DNA of 56,007 nucleotides, the filler included, from Catajapyx aquilonaris (Eukaryota), in NCBI GenBank assembly GCA_000934665.2. It is 4 parts of 4 records of this genome, joined end to end, with 100 filler letters (N's around TTAATTAATTAA, not from the genome) between each part and the next. Parts side by side here need not be neighbours in the genome. Positions count along the whole stretch, not along the records: positions 1 to 13,869 come from JYFJ02007957.1; positions 13,970 to 28,007 come from KZ539756.1; 2 more parts are not named here. One strand, 5' to 3'. The translations under genes were made by a program, and so were the position numbers. How positions within the stretch are numbered: position 1 is the stretch's first letter; each line of letters begins with the position of its first letter. This document shows, one piece after another, positions 12,270-25,543 of this stretch. A model generated the notes under the pieces. It had not been told where the DNA came from, did no database searches, and worked only from the letters and a program-made list of their open reading frames with translations.

Positions 12270-13869
12270 AAGTGGAGCTTGAAGCTGTATTGGAAAGTGA
12301 AAGTGCAGTTGAGAAGTGTTATTCCATATTGTCCAACTGTTGTCTTTGACCTGTTTCTCCTCTCCTAAGCCAATCTTCATAAGGATAGTTGCCAACGTGA
12401 CAATTTCATCAACCACAAGATAGGTGGAGGAGTTTAGGTTTTGGAGAATCTGCGAGGTTTGGTCCTGGCACACTAAGTATGACGCTGCAGTCACCACGGC
12501 GCTTCCAAGGTAGAGGTAGTCTGCCTCAACACAAGCAAACTTTGCCCTGTTGGGAAGCGGAGCAGAAGGATCTACGTTACAGACAAATTAGTGATTCACT
12601 GCTGCTCATAGCAATTAATATGAAATAACCATGCTACTTGGACATGATGCTGGCTTCACAAGCAAGTTGGTTTATAATTATGATTGTTGCTTTAATTGCT
12701 ATCAACACTTGCCATTTTACATGAACTCTTCACATTTTGAATGTATTTCTTTTGCATAATTATATTGAAAACTGCTGCATGCAGTGGAACGCAGTGTTTC
12801 TAGCAGCTATAGGCAGATTTTTCTCTAATATTGTAGCAGTGCATTACAGATATTATTGACTCACTTGTCCTCTTTAGTGATCATCTTCCTTCCAGTGACT
12901 GATAGCCCAGGCATATTAGGTGAAAATGAAGGCGAACCCTAAAAAAAATAATGTAAAGCTGAAAATTTGCACAGACGTTCTATGGTATGTGGTGAACAAC
13001 ACATCAAAAGTCCCCTAATCTCCCGTGTGCGCGTCACCGTTTTTTCGGGGGGAAATGGCCGCCATCTTGGATATTCCTTTCATTGTCTCTAGCGGGTGAA
13101 CGGTTTGTGGTAGAGACATCGTTTTTTCACCGTAATAATCTGCAGTCATGCACCTTTCTATATGCGATCAGTTTCCCGTGTTACGCAAGTATATGACTGA
13201 ACAATTTAACTTTGAAGTGGAAAACCTGTGTTTTGCAAAGGTAAATGTGAGAGAAAGGTGGATATTCTGCCTAAACGGGACCTCCTAGCGGAAAATGTCC
13301 TCCATAAAAGTTATCGACGAGGATATTTACTACAAGAATTATATAATGCGTTTTCCAGCTGCAGTCCATATTTACAGAGCTACAGGACTTGAGCTCATGC
13401 CTGCGCGCGCCCGGCCGTCCGCGCGCTCGGCTCTTAGTACGAGCAGCGGTTCACAAAAAAAACGCTGCAAATTCTTGCAGTAACCAAGCCACTTTTCACA
13501 GACATTCCATAGACCAATGCTATCAATTTGACCCGCAGTACACTCACCCTTGACCTTGTGGGGTCAAATGGCGGCCATTTTTGGAAAAAAAGGTCATATA
13601 TTTTTTGAAAATTCCAAATTGCTACATGGCAATGTTGGTGTCATTTCCGCATAATTCGAGGTCGCTAAGACAATTGGTAGTATGCTGGAGGCCATAAGGT
13701 CACTAGTTTGGGACCTATGACCGCCATGTTGAAATTACCATACTGAGTTTTGTCTAATGGTATTTGCTCCTCAAGGGTGGCATGTAAGGCATCGTTTAGA
13801 TATAATTTATAAATTAAATAAAAATAAAAAATCGTTCAGTAGTCCTTTACCCTACTAGGGTTTCTCACA

Positions 13870-13969
13870 NNNNNNNNNNNNNNNNNNNNNNNNNNNNNNN
13901 NNNNNNNNNNNNNTTAATTAATTAANNNNNNNNNNNNNNNNNNNNNNNNNNNNNNNNNNNNNNNNNNNN
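13870..13969. other. Artificial contig spacer (N44-TTAATTAATTAA-N44)
   Basis: Exactly 100 nt with a six-frame stop linker in the middle. Identical at 28008 and 42023. Confidence 0.95.
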
Positions 13970-14503
13970 GTTCACGGCCGGCTTGACCTCACATAACCTA
14001 ATCTTGTGATGGACGGGGGAATGAAGGTGGGGAGTGGAGAAAGGTGGGGCCAATTTTTTTTCCCCCCCCCAGACTTTTGAAAGTTTTTGTCTGTTTTAAC
14101 CAGAAGATTGGACATTCGTAATGTATATTAGTTGATTATATAATTCAGTTCCTATAGGATGAATCCAGCATTAAAATTCGCTTGCGTGTTATGCGTATGT
14201 AAATGTATACCATTCATATATTTACTGCTGATGGCCTAATACAAACGTCAAGAAGAAATCAAATGTACCCGAGGTGATTTACATAATGCATGCGCTATGA
14301 ATATACACCATACAGCCGGCATTACTACTCAATGTTTGAAATAAACATGCGCCATGTTTAACTATTTCATCCCCATGAAGTAGGCTGTAGGCATAAACCG
14401 AAATCAATCATCCCCATTGCGGATCAAAGTGCTACAAATTAATTTAATCAGACCTTAAACTGCCATATGTGAATGTAACTTTAAAAATTAGAATTTGTTG
14501 TAA

Positions 14504-14507
<4 letters not shown>

Positions 14508-14583
<76 letters not shown>

Positions 14584-14720
14584 TGACGTTACCCCGTGAT
14601 ATGGCCATAGGCCCCTTTAGGGGGGTGGAATACCACCATCCTTCAATTTTTCTGTAATTTTTCTTCTGACTCCGGTGCAAGGATGAAAGGATAATTATGG
14701 GGTATAAAGGATGGGGATTT
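14508..14720 (-). mobile_element. 5'-truncated SINE/LINE 3' end with (TAA)n tail
   Basis: Long (TTA)n run on the plus strand, then a tail homologous to 48440-48580. TSD TTGTAATATT at 14498-14507 and 14721-14730. Confidence 0.75.
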
Positions 14721-17700
14721 TTGTAATATTAACGTTCAATAGTTTTGTCGCACAACTATTTATCTCTCATATATAGGGAAATTCTGCACTATCCTCCGTT
14801 CCCATATCCTTCACAGGAAACTATGCATTCATTAGGCCGTCAGTCATTCCCATTTTGGAGGTCAAAAGTGTCACGTACACCTTTAGACAATCCGAATTCC
14901 TAGCAGGCCCAACTTACTTCTTGTCTTTCCTGCAACCCTTGAATTGAAGGGGACATGCAAATTAAGGCCCTCCCTAGAATGTAACCCTTTGGTAGGAGGT
15001 GGGATATGAGGGGGGGCAGAGGGGGTCCTCTTCCGCCCACCGCGCTCCTTTTCTCAGGCCTAAAACTCGGCCTCTGTTGGGAATATGCCAATGAGTCATT
15101 TGCATAGTTGGAGCCCTACCTTTCTTATAATTTTTTTTCTCATAACGGTTATTCCAGGAGCGCCCTTCACGTCAGGTGTAGGGGTGCATTTATTCAGATT
15201 AGGTCCCGCTATATATGAGGGAGAGACTGGGAAGATTCATCTTGTGTGGATGTTCAACCGTCGTTAGAATTTTTTGGACTGGAACTCATCGGGTCCCAGA
15301 GTTCTTAACAGCACGATTTGTTCAATTGGTGTCAATCAAAATATATATATATATATTTGTCATTTTTATGATATCGAATAATTCATGATCATATTAAAAT
15401 GTACTGTACCGAATAAAAAGTTGGAAATAAAATTATTTGGTACTTACCATATCGGACGGCATCTCCAGTTAATAGTCACTTTCGTGTTCAGCATCTGAAA
15501 AGAAAGAGGTTATAAAATTACCTCTATTAACATCTGTACAAAGCCACGGACTAAAGACACGATGTGCAAATGAAACACATGCGAATTGCATGAACTGGTC
15601 ATTAAACTTGCAAATACTAGACATCAGGAGCATGAAGTCACACATTCATAAAATATTGCACTTTTTTTTAGTGGAGTCAAACATGTGAAAAGTGACAGCT
15701 TAAAATAATCCCTTCTCTTTTTATTGTTCAATTAACACCATGTGGTCATTTGGCATGCTGCATGGGTTGACCCCTTAAAAAATTGGGGAGTGGGTGTGCC
15801 TCGATGTCAGAATGGGGAGGGTCATTTGCAAGGTAGCGACTTCCTGGTCAGCCAGAGGAGCAGCTGAAGCGGAACTCAAAGAAGTGGAGGATTAAGTTCT
15901 GGATGATGAAAGGTCAGCTGGAAGAACCGGAAGGTCTAAGTGCCCACCCTTTAGCTGGACAAAGGGAGCAGATGTCCAGTGGTCGCTCCGGGAGGGAAAA
16001 AAAAGCGAACCGGAATACCAAACCCATGAACCGGATTGGTGTCCAGTTTGCCAAAATTTCTCCAATCTGGCCTGAGGTAGAACTAGTGAATATAATAGCT
16101 GGTGGAACATAATATGGGTATACTGTATAGCTGAAGAAAGAAAAACCTTTAAAAATTATGCGAAATGTTGCAGAGCAGAGCAGGAGGATTTTTTTTGCAT
16201 ATGGCGATATTATAAGACATCAAAATAAACTGAACTGACAGCCCTACAACAAAGGTACGTTTCGGAATTATTTTTAATTTATTGATAAAATATTATACAC
16301 ATATGCCAAAATACTGAACGCAAATCATAACCCTGTCGTACCATTTATTTTGATATGGCCACGGCAGCCTGTAAGCTAATTAACATGAAAATAAAAACAT
16401 TTATTTCGTAAAGGGCGCATTTGGTCAGGTTGGTGCCAATGGGTATATAGATGAGGATATACAAGTATAGTAACAGAAAACAATTTAAACGACAGCACTA
16501 TGCATGTTGCACCTGCAGCAATCACCCGTCTCCTCGTTAAATTGCAGTTAAACCTATACGTGCAACCTATACGTGATGATAAACCTATACTTGCAACCTA
16601 TACGTGATAAACCTATACGTGCAAAATCTTCCGACGGAACCAATTTCGCAATGGAAAAGTTTCTAGTTAAATTATGACTTTTCACTCTAAAAACCTATTT
16701 TCCTCATTTTAGTTACTGGGGCACTAGCTGACACTTGCATACGATCCACCTTTAGGTAGACTAATTGAAGCAACTGGAAAAAAATGTACAATTTTGCACT
16801 TCTGACGGTTTGCTCAGATGCTCCACAATCATGCAAATATCTCGCGGCATCTCAGAAGTGTCCCACGATGGTAGCTGGGGACCAAAGGGTTAAATAGAAT
16901 CAATGGGCGAGACACAAGCACAAAACAAGCGCTACCGTCTTGACTGAGCCATGCTGGGAAGAAGGTCCAGGACAGCACCCACCCCCCACCCCTCCCAAAA
17001 AAGGGCAGCGGAAATTATGTGGGTTCAACACAAGACCTCCCCCCCCCTCTCTCGTTCCGCCTGTGAATATGCATATTCGGCACTGTCTTTCCTCTCTACC
17101 TCCTTCCCCAACCTTCCTTCACTATGCAAATACAGGAACCAAAAGGGTTTGAATAAAAGAATGCCTCGCTGTTTTGAGAGGGGGGGGGGGGTGTTCCCCC
17201 GATTATTTTTTTTTCTTCGGTGCATCCCAAAAACGCTCACCTGCAACCCCTTCTCTCTTCCTTTGCATCTCATCTGCATGCTAATAATTCAAGCCAAGGG
17301 ATCCAGTGTTACTTTTGTCCTGGGCGCACATTTTCCCAGGCTTCCCTCAAGTGTGACGGACAGGATTTTACGGGGACTCCCAATGAGCCTGAAGGGGACT
17401 CTTATTTTCACCTCTGACGCCTAGGGATTCAAAGGGTTTGAAGTATGGGGAACTCTTCTTTTGCTAACTGGCTCCGGCCAAGAGAAAAGAGGCTGCATTT
17501 GCATACAGGAACGGGTGTCATGGCATCTCTTCCCCCACCCTTAACCAATGTTGCCAGCTGGATTCTACCTTGAATATAGGGTAGACCAATGTGGATGTGG
17601 CTACTATGCTCCTGCCTCTTTATTATGTCATGTTAGTTTTTTTTTTCTCTACCTGAGGCAAGCCTCATGGGCCACTTGGACGCGAAAAGGTGCAGGAGAA

Positions 17701-20064
17701 ACAAGGGGGGGTATTACGGCTGATATGTGCAGTGGTAGTGATGGAAGTGTCCAGTGTGGACTGCAGTGCTGGCGGTGCCATCCTGCGGGGGTGGATTCAA
17801 ACAGCAGGTTGAAAAGGGACAGGTTGCTATGGATTCGGGACATGCGCAGGTTAGAAGTTTGGTGGTGGGGGTGGAGGGAAAAATGGTCGATGGTTGCCCA
17901 GGATACGTCAAAACCTGTATTTACTTTTCGGCTGGGGGTTGAGTCTAATGGCCATTAGAAAGCATAACTCATGTAAATGTACACTTCTGTGTTTCGGTTT
18001 GCAGTCTGGTGGGAAAAAAAATGTGGGAATTTGCATTTGGAAATTGAATGCGTTCCTGTTATGTGGGGGGGGGGGGGATGTGAAGTGCTACAGTATACTG
18101 CGTTTAGTGAGAGGACAAATTAAATTGACAGAAAATCCTACTACCAATGACAAGTTAGCAAACGGAATTGGTAATTCTAATGGGAAATCATCTCGATCCA
18201 GCCCTTATATGAATTCATAAAACATCTGCATGTAATTTATTCCACATTGCATAGGCTATTATCTGATCACGCATTTTAAAGAAATTTAGGGAGAAAAATT
18301 TATACTGAATGTAGCACTATACAAAAGTAAACTCATTAATGAAAGATATATACTCAATGAATGGACCTACAAGCACATTGCAAGGTGTCGCCTTCAGTTA
18401 TTATTCGCATTTGTTTAGAGTGTGACTATATATGATTAATAATATTATTTTGCTAGTAGATAATTATTTGTCTAATAAAGCTAATTCATTTACAAAAGAA
18501 TATGCAGCGATAATCTCATTAAGCCTACTTTAAAATGCTTTGTCCTTGTTGGCACATTCTACATTGCCGCGGGGTATAGTGTACAGTGTATCATGAACCC
18601 TCGTGTTACAGGGTGGTGTGGAGTGGTGGTGTTGATGAACGGAAGTTGTTGTGACATAATATAGTCTCATTTATTTGATATTTGACGTAGTAATATAAAT
18701 ATAATATTTTCTAGTTTATATTTTCTCATAGATTTTTAATGTGTTAACAACATAGTGCACGTGAAAAATGTAGAACATGTTCCAATGCACCTCCTTTCCA
18801 TCGCTTATTTTTGTTGCTTATTTCGTGTATTGAAATTTAATTGAAAGACAAATAATCAGAAATATTCCAACGCAATATTCTCTATATTTTTTGCTATTTC
18901 TTGCGCATAAAATTGCCTGTGCTGAAATTAGTAAGGGAGCGGACTCTAATGCATTAGTTCTGTACATCAGTTTACATTGTCTGCAACCGTCTGGCAACCG
19001 TATGATACCATTTTTAAAGAACTGCTATAAAGCATCTCATTTATATTTTTCACTACAGGTCAAGAATATCACGGAGCTATATAAACTTAGTAAGAAAGTA
19101 TAAAATATTTCCTCAGAGGCCTTATCTTATTACTTACAGATGTATCACAAAACCAAGTATATAATTACAAATATAAATTTTAGCCTCTTAAAAATAACTG
19201 ATATTGATATTTTCTCATACGACCACGGTGACTAATAATGACGCATATACTACGTTAGACTGGGTTCACTACATAAATACGTACCTTATATTGTTTGCAC
19301 ACTTCTCAATATTGCTTGCCGGACATGGGTCAGACTATTGTTAACCGTATACAGGAAAATAAATGAGAAAACTCTTATCCTTTGACACACCGTTTTATCT
19401 GATATTTCTGCATTGCACTCTTTTCATTTTAAAAATTGACCAGCAGGGGAGTCATTCGCAGCATGACGTGCAAGGGATAACGAAACCTTCATTTCTTTTT
19501 TGTAAATACAAAAGGTGCATCGTGTATTACACTCATTGCGGTCGGAGAACGGGATATGAAAAATAACAAATAACAAACAACAAATAACAAAATAAAAAAT
19601 TACAGTCTTGCTACAGTATTACTGAGCAACAATTCACTGATGTATGTATTTAGCGTGGCATTAAATATCCCAGCACATAACAATAATATTCTGCTGCGTG
19701 AATCATACCGTCGCATCCGGAATGACCATAAACCATAAACTTCTCTTTGGTATACTGGGGCGGAATTTTAAATGTATTTCTGGACATCTGTTCAGAATGG
19801 AAAATTTTTACAGAACGAAGAGACTCTGCCATAGATAGGTTTCACTGTACCCCATATAATATACTCTCTGGCGACTGTACGTCTATTTGACACAGGCCTA
19901 AACATTCATGCTACACGACTGAAAATTACAGCCATTCCTACTATATACACCTCATGACTTTAGAATTTATTATACTAACAAATAGTATATTTAGGCATTA
20001 TTATTATCATCGCCGTCGTCACTGATGGCTACCCCATTTTTTGGGATAATTCCGTGATTTAATG

Positions 20065-20069
20065 AATAA

Positions 20070-20142
<73 letters not shown>
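20065..20142 (+). repeat. AATAAA followed by (TTA)n, probable retroelement 3' tail
   Basis: Same AATAAA-(TTA)n architecture as the tail of the LINE at 31661-31735. Confidence 0.6.
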
Positions 20143-22744
20143 TAATGTAAACGATGAGTTTGTCGTTACTTTTGGTTGGCCAATGACGCAATACTTTACA
20201 ACTTAAAATTGCAATATTGCTTAAAGCATAAATGATATTTAAATAGAAAGCTTCATAAATATTCTCTTAATATTGTCGGAGCGATTTGCCCAAATGATAC
20301 AAAAAGCTGACCCTATCATGAAAATCGCAAATATGTAGATCCATTCTCACAATATTTTTCCTATACAAACCACCTCAAATAACCTCAACTTGAACTCTGA
20401 ACCAAAAGGTCATGTAGGTTCGGGTCATGGGTAATGTTCAGGCCAAAGTCAGGGGTTTGTAGAGTGGCGAGAGGTAAGGTCGAGGGTGGGTGGAAGGGTG
20501 GGTGGTGGAGGCCTCCATTTGCAGTTGTAGCTAGGGAGCCGCCATGGAAATGGGCGCAGGATCAATACCATTTGGCAGGCGGGGGAGGAGCTTTTTGGGA
20601 GGGGCACAGCCTCCCAACCTTCTCTTTTGTACCTCCATTGCGGTTCAGCCTCCCCCCCTCCCCTTCTCTCCCACCCACCCCTCTACTTTTCTATTGCTGT
20701 CCAGCTCTCAATTCTCCCGACAATGGTGCCCAGAGGACGTTCTGCCCTCTCTCAAGTGTGCACATTTGTCCATCAAATAAAAGAGGAGGGCGAGGTGGCG
20801 GGTAGGGGGAGCTACCCTGCGCAGTTGGGCCAATATGGCGGCCATTAGGAGTTCAAATGCGGCTTTCAATTTCTGTGCTCAAAATGTAGAAATGACATGC
20901 TGAATATTCCGAAACAGGTAGTCTATAGGCAGATATATTTACTAATAAATATATACTAAAAACCAAATAATTTTTTTATTAATCAAATCTTGATTAATCA
21001 GCAGATTTTGATTACAGTTTCAAGAAATTTCATCATCATGAGTTTATATATTTTTTTACCTAATTCTACAGGTTGGTAGCAGGGGGATTTAAATTGCTAA
21101 ATATATGCCTTACGAATTCTTAAGAGCAAGGAGCTTCTTTTCTAAATGCGGGATCGATTTCTAGAGGCCAAAAACTTCCTAATTAAAAATTTTGGGGGTA
21201 GATTCCACCCACAAGGAAACTTGTAGGCTCCAGTTAGTTGTTGCCATCAGCTTCGATAAACTGCGCTTTTCATGCACCTTCTTTTCAGTCAGGTTGGCCC
21301 AGAGATAGAATCGACTTGAGCGACGCTAATTAGTCCACCGACTATTTCATACGTTTGTTAGCATTCCTATATGCAGCACAGACTTTTTTTTTTTTTAATT
21401 CTCAGGAAAACCACAAAAAAACTGAGTTTTTTTCCCTCTTGCTAAGGGACTTCGTTTCAGAGTTCCCCGGAAATGAGTCAAAAGAAAGTTGGGAGGGTTG
21501 GGAGGTTGTTATATCGATTCCATGGCAGAAATACTTCTATATGGAAGTTAAGATGTTGACCTGGTGCAATTATCCTAATTGATGGGAAGCTTCGGGGAAA
21601 ACTTTATTGTGTGCAGAAAGTTGTTTCGTCATTTTCATGAGAAAGACAGGGGTAGCTTGATACTTGTATACATCCTTAATATTACAGCCTCTAAAATGTC
21701 CACTAACAGATACTCATGAAGCAAATCTTGAATATTTCTGACTGAGCGAACTTTTTCTTCCATCTTGCTTACGTTTTGTTACATGTACATGACGCTTCAA
21801 AGCAATATTGTAGCCAGACCTATACGACGTATAAGCCTATATGACAATGAACGAAGGAAATGTATCAAAAGGAATGAAAGCTGAAAAAACGAAAATCGAC
21901 GCCACGTGCTGTGCATGGAAAGCCTTATACCCACCCTTCCCTTTGCCCCCTGCCTCGTACATGGCTCGACGGGAGCATAATATATACCAATATTAACTTT
22001 TCACAGTTTCCATGGAAGTTCCTCCGACCCTACCCCCACCCACCTCCCTCATCCCTCCCTTCCGACCACCCTCCTTTTTTTAATTTCGTAGGATTCCGCC
22101 TTTTAAAGGCCATCTTAATATCGTGAAAAGAAATATGACGAATACTCGAAACTGACATTAAAAAGCAGGCTTAATGAAAAGTCCGTGGGAATCAGAAGTT
22201 TTTTTCGAGACTGAAGAACAAAAAAATATATATATAGCAAAAAAAAAACTGGCATTTGTGACATGACAAAGTTTTCTGCGGGAAGGTTTTATCGAAAGCT
22301 CTATAATATTCATACTTTAAATGTATAGAGCTCCCTGCTGGTACAGCATATATTGCATCCACGATGCAAATATGCAAGAGGAAAAGGACGGATATCATTT
22401 CATGAAAGCAATATTGAAGCCGGAATGTACTGTATTTTTATACCTGCATGGAATGTGCAATATAGCGTCCAACTTCTCTGGCGTTGGAGAGTCAGTGGTC
22501 AGCTGCATGAAAGACCTTGAAAAGAGACAAGACCTCTATGTTCTCACCTGCATTGTATAAAGAACTATAGTATACATAACTGTTGTTTTTTTTGTATATC
22601 TACTGGAACACGCACATGAAATATGAATAAATCCATCCAACTCGCAGTTTTAAAAATATGTACTGTACATGACATTCTGAGTTGCAGTTACCTATTATTT
22701 CAGTAGCTGCACTGAGTTTAATTACATTGTGAAATGCTTTTATA

Positions 22745-23054
22745 ATTATAATTATAATTATAATTTGTACCCCGTGCTAGAGCCATGGGACCTCTTTGGG
22801 GGGTGGGATACCACCATATTTTTTAAAATCTGGAACTCTTACTTTCGTTTTCACTTCTCTTATATGGGGATGGGATAGGGACGGAAGGAAGCGGCTGTGG
22901 CCTATAATTACGGACACGACCCCGGAATTTTCCTGGTGAGACCATGGGAAACCACAGAAAACCACGGTCAGGGTCGGCGGCCCCCGGGATTCGAACCCAG
23001 GACCTCCCGATTAGCAGTCAGATACCATATCCCCTCCGTTACCACTGCTTCGGT
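22745..23054 (-). mobile_element. tRNA-derived SINE (same family as 646-1072)
   Basis: Shared head (GGTTCGAATCC B box), GGCCACAGCCGCTTCCTTCC body and CCCATGGCTCTAGCACGGG tail. (ATTATA)n end. Imperfect TSD AAATGC(T/A)TTTATA. Confidence 0.85.
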
Positions 23055-24625
23055 AAATGCATTTATATTACATACCAATAGTTTGGCACATAACAGTTAT
23101 TGTTACGTCACCCGATAGCCATGTGCCATATTATCATTTTTTCACCTTGCTATAACCCCCCCCCCCTTTAAAAAAAATGCTTCAGCTAAGCTGACAGAAT
23201 AATGGCAACGTGATTACCACCGTGACGAGCAAGCCTAAACTAATAGTTTCTCAGGGATGCTGCCACTGAAATCATCATCATCAGACTCTTGAGAATCTAA
23301 AATATCCCACCCTGCATTCCCTTAAAAAAAAATCGACTCGTGGGGGCCATCTTAGCCTCCTAAAAATGGCGTTGCTCATGTCCCCTACCCCCACTCTGCT
23401 CCATACCCCCCCTCAAAAAAAAGGTGAACAATGCGTTTTACGGGCTCAGACGGGTAATGGGAAGTTGTCTTGTAGATGTAGCCCACATTGCTATAAATTA
23501 AGGCGATTGTATAAGGGGCTTGGGGGGGAAGGGGTGGGTTTGAAGAGGCGCCTTTTCACCCCGTGTTTGTACCCCCCCTCTTTTACCCAAGGGGGCCACA
23601 TCTCTCGTTGCAATCTCACTCAACTGATGGGATTCTGGGAGGGAAATGATATTAGAGCCTCACTCACAACGTTCCACTCTACTAAAACCTAAGGTTTAGG
23701 ATGGATATTGCTCTGCAAAAGAATTCCTTCATCACCAAGGGAACGGGGAAAAATAGCTGGTAGCCAGAATGTGCGGAGCACAATCTCGACATGGGGGGAA
23801 ATTGCCCAAATTATAGGTTAAGTCACGCGCACTGCGTAATGCATGGGGTGAAAAGGCGGGCCGGACATGCAAATGTGAAGGTGTCAATATCATCATTTCA
23901 ACTCTTGCCTCATCATGTTGCTACCCCACCAGTATTATTAGGTGTGATAGAAGGTAAAATTACCCACTATTGCATCAGTATTTTTGTGATACAAGTTGCT
24001 AGACTGGGTTATATAGTATACATTGTATGTCAAATGTCGAGTTAAATCAGTGTGCTAAGGTCTATATATATTCATTTTGAAATGCTAGACACAATGTGGC
24101 TTACGCTGCAGCACATTTCGCCTGCAATAGCACAATGCATCGGGCATATAATGAATACTTAGTAGGGATGCTGCAGTTGGTTAAGGTGCTTATGCAATAG
24201 AAAGCACTTGCAAAATAACAACGTCGCATATATAGGCTTATTCGCTCACATTGTGTGCCTCGTTTCTGTCAGGATTTTCCTTGCCCCTTTGTAATTATAT
24301 TGTTGGATCTCCTCTCAGCTAGGATGAAAATAATGTAATTATGCCCACGTGTAGTAACCGCTGCCATGTAGTCTTGTATAAGTGTAATCAAGTTCTGACA
24401 CAATTGCAGCATAAATAAGGACGTAGTTTTATAATGTGTACACAAATATTTTCCTGCCGGCTCCATAATTATTGTTTCTTTCAAAGTCAGCATTGTACTG
24501 CTAAAAATATGCAGCAAGTTCATCGCTGTATATGTAAGAAATTCTCCGATCATTTTCAGTCTGGCTTCATTTGGACTGAAACTCCACTTTCTTGAAAAAT
24601 TGCATATGGGCCTATATGAAATTAA

Positions 24626-24781
24626 CCCTGGTAATGCCCCTTGGGTCATATCTGGCACACCATTTAGTGCAATTTGGCACTTACAGGAAATATAAAAATT
24701 GCAAAAGTTGCAAAAATTGCACTAAATGGTGTGCCAGATATGACCCAGCGGGCATTACTTAGATTAGTGGACATTACAGGG
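24626..24781. mobile_element. piggyBac-like MITE
   Basis: TTAA|CCCTG...CAGGG|TTAA, with internal inverted arms GGGTCATATCTGGCACACCATTTAGTGCAATTT. Confidence 0.75.
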
Positions 24782-25302
24782 TTAAGACCACCCTGTAATG
24801 CCCCCTGTAAGAACACAACAGAGGTTCAAATTTCCATTGTGACTACATGTTTCCAAGTTCGGCTCAATTAATCTGCACAAATTTTCAGTGCAGGTTATTC
24901 TCGATCATTCAAATGGGAGGTTATTCACCCAACACTTCCCATCACACGGCGCAAGCAACATGGAGCATGTATATCCCCCCCTTTCCCCCCTCCCAAAAAA
25001 ATGCTATTTCATTTTCAGTGATAAACCACTATAGCTAACACCCCCTCTCTTTATCCTTGCCAATTGGAACGCACTTGAGCCCCCCACGTGCAAATAATGA
25101 TTTCGTAGTGCCTTCAATTGGGGGAAGGGGTGAACTGGACTGATATGGTTTTGCAGGACTCACCTAGACTAAAGGTCATCAGCATTCCGGCCTTTGTCTC
25201 CCCTTGATGGCACATAATGGAGCGTGTTAATTAGCCGCGTCACTCCAAACGGGCGACAAACGCTGATCGTCCGTTGAGAGAGAGAATTCCAAGTTCCCCC
25301 CC

Positions 25303-25543
25303 NNNNNNNNNNNNNNNNNNNNNNNNNNNNNNNNNNNNNNNNNNNNNNNNNNNNNNNNNNNNNNNNNNNNNNNNNNNNNNNNNNNNNNNNNNNNNNNNNN
25401 NNNNNNNNNNNNNNNNNNNNNNNNNNNNNNNNNNNNNNNNNNNNNNNNNNNNNNNNNNNNNNNNNNNNNNNNNNNNNNNNNNNNNNNNNNNNNNNNNNNN
25501 NNNNNNNNNNNNNNNNNNNNNNNNNNNNNNNNNNNNNNNNNNN
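25303..25543. other. Intra-scaffold sequencing gap
   Basis: N run without the linker, flanked by poly-C on both sides. Confidence 0.9.

Noticed and set aside
13914..13925. TTAATTAATTAA as a biological motif (PacI or homeodomain site)
   Set aside because: It is centred in N runs and identical three times, so it is an assembly linker.
15448..16133. Possible minus-strand exons with good splice signals
   Set aside because: There are stops in the candidate frames and no recognisable protein family.
16940..17958. ORFs of 136-157 aa in GC-rich islands (also 20434-20805)
   Set aside because: Low-complexity composition driven by G/C runs, no domain motifs, and no consistent splice structure.
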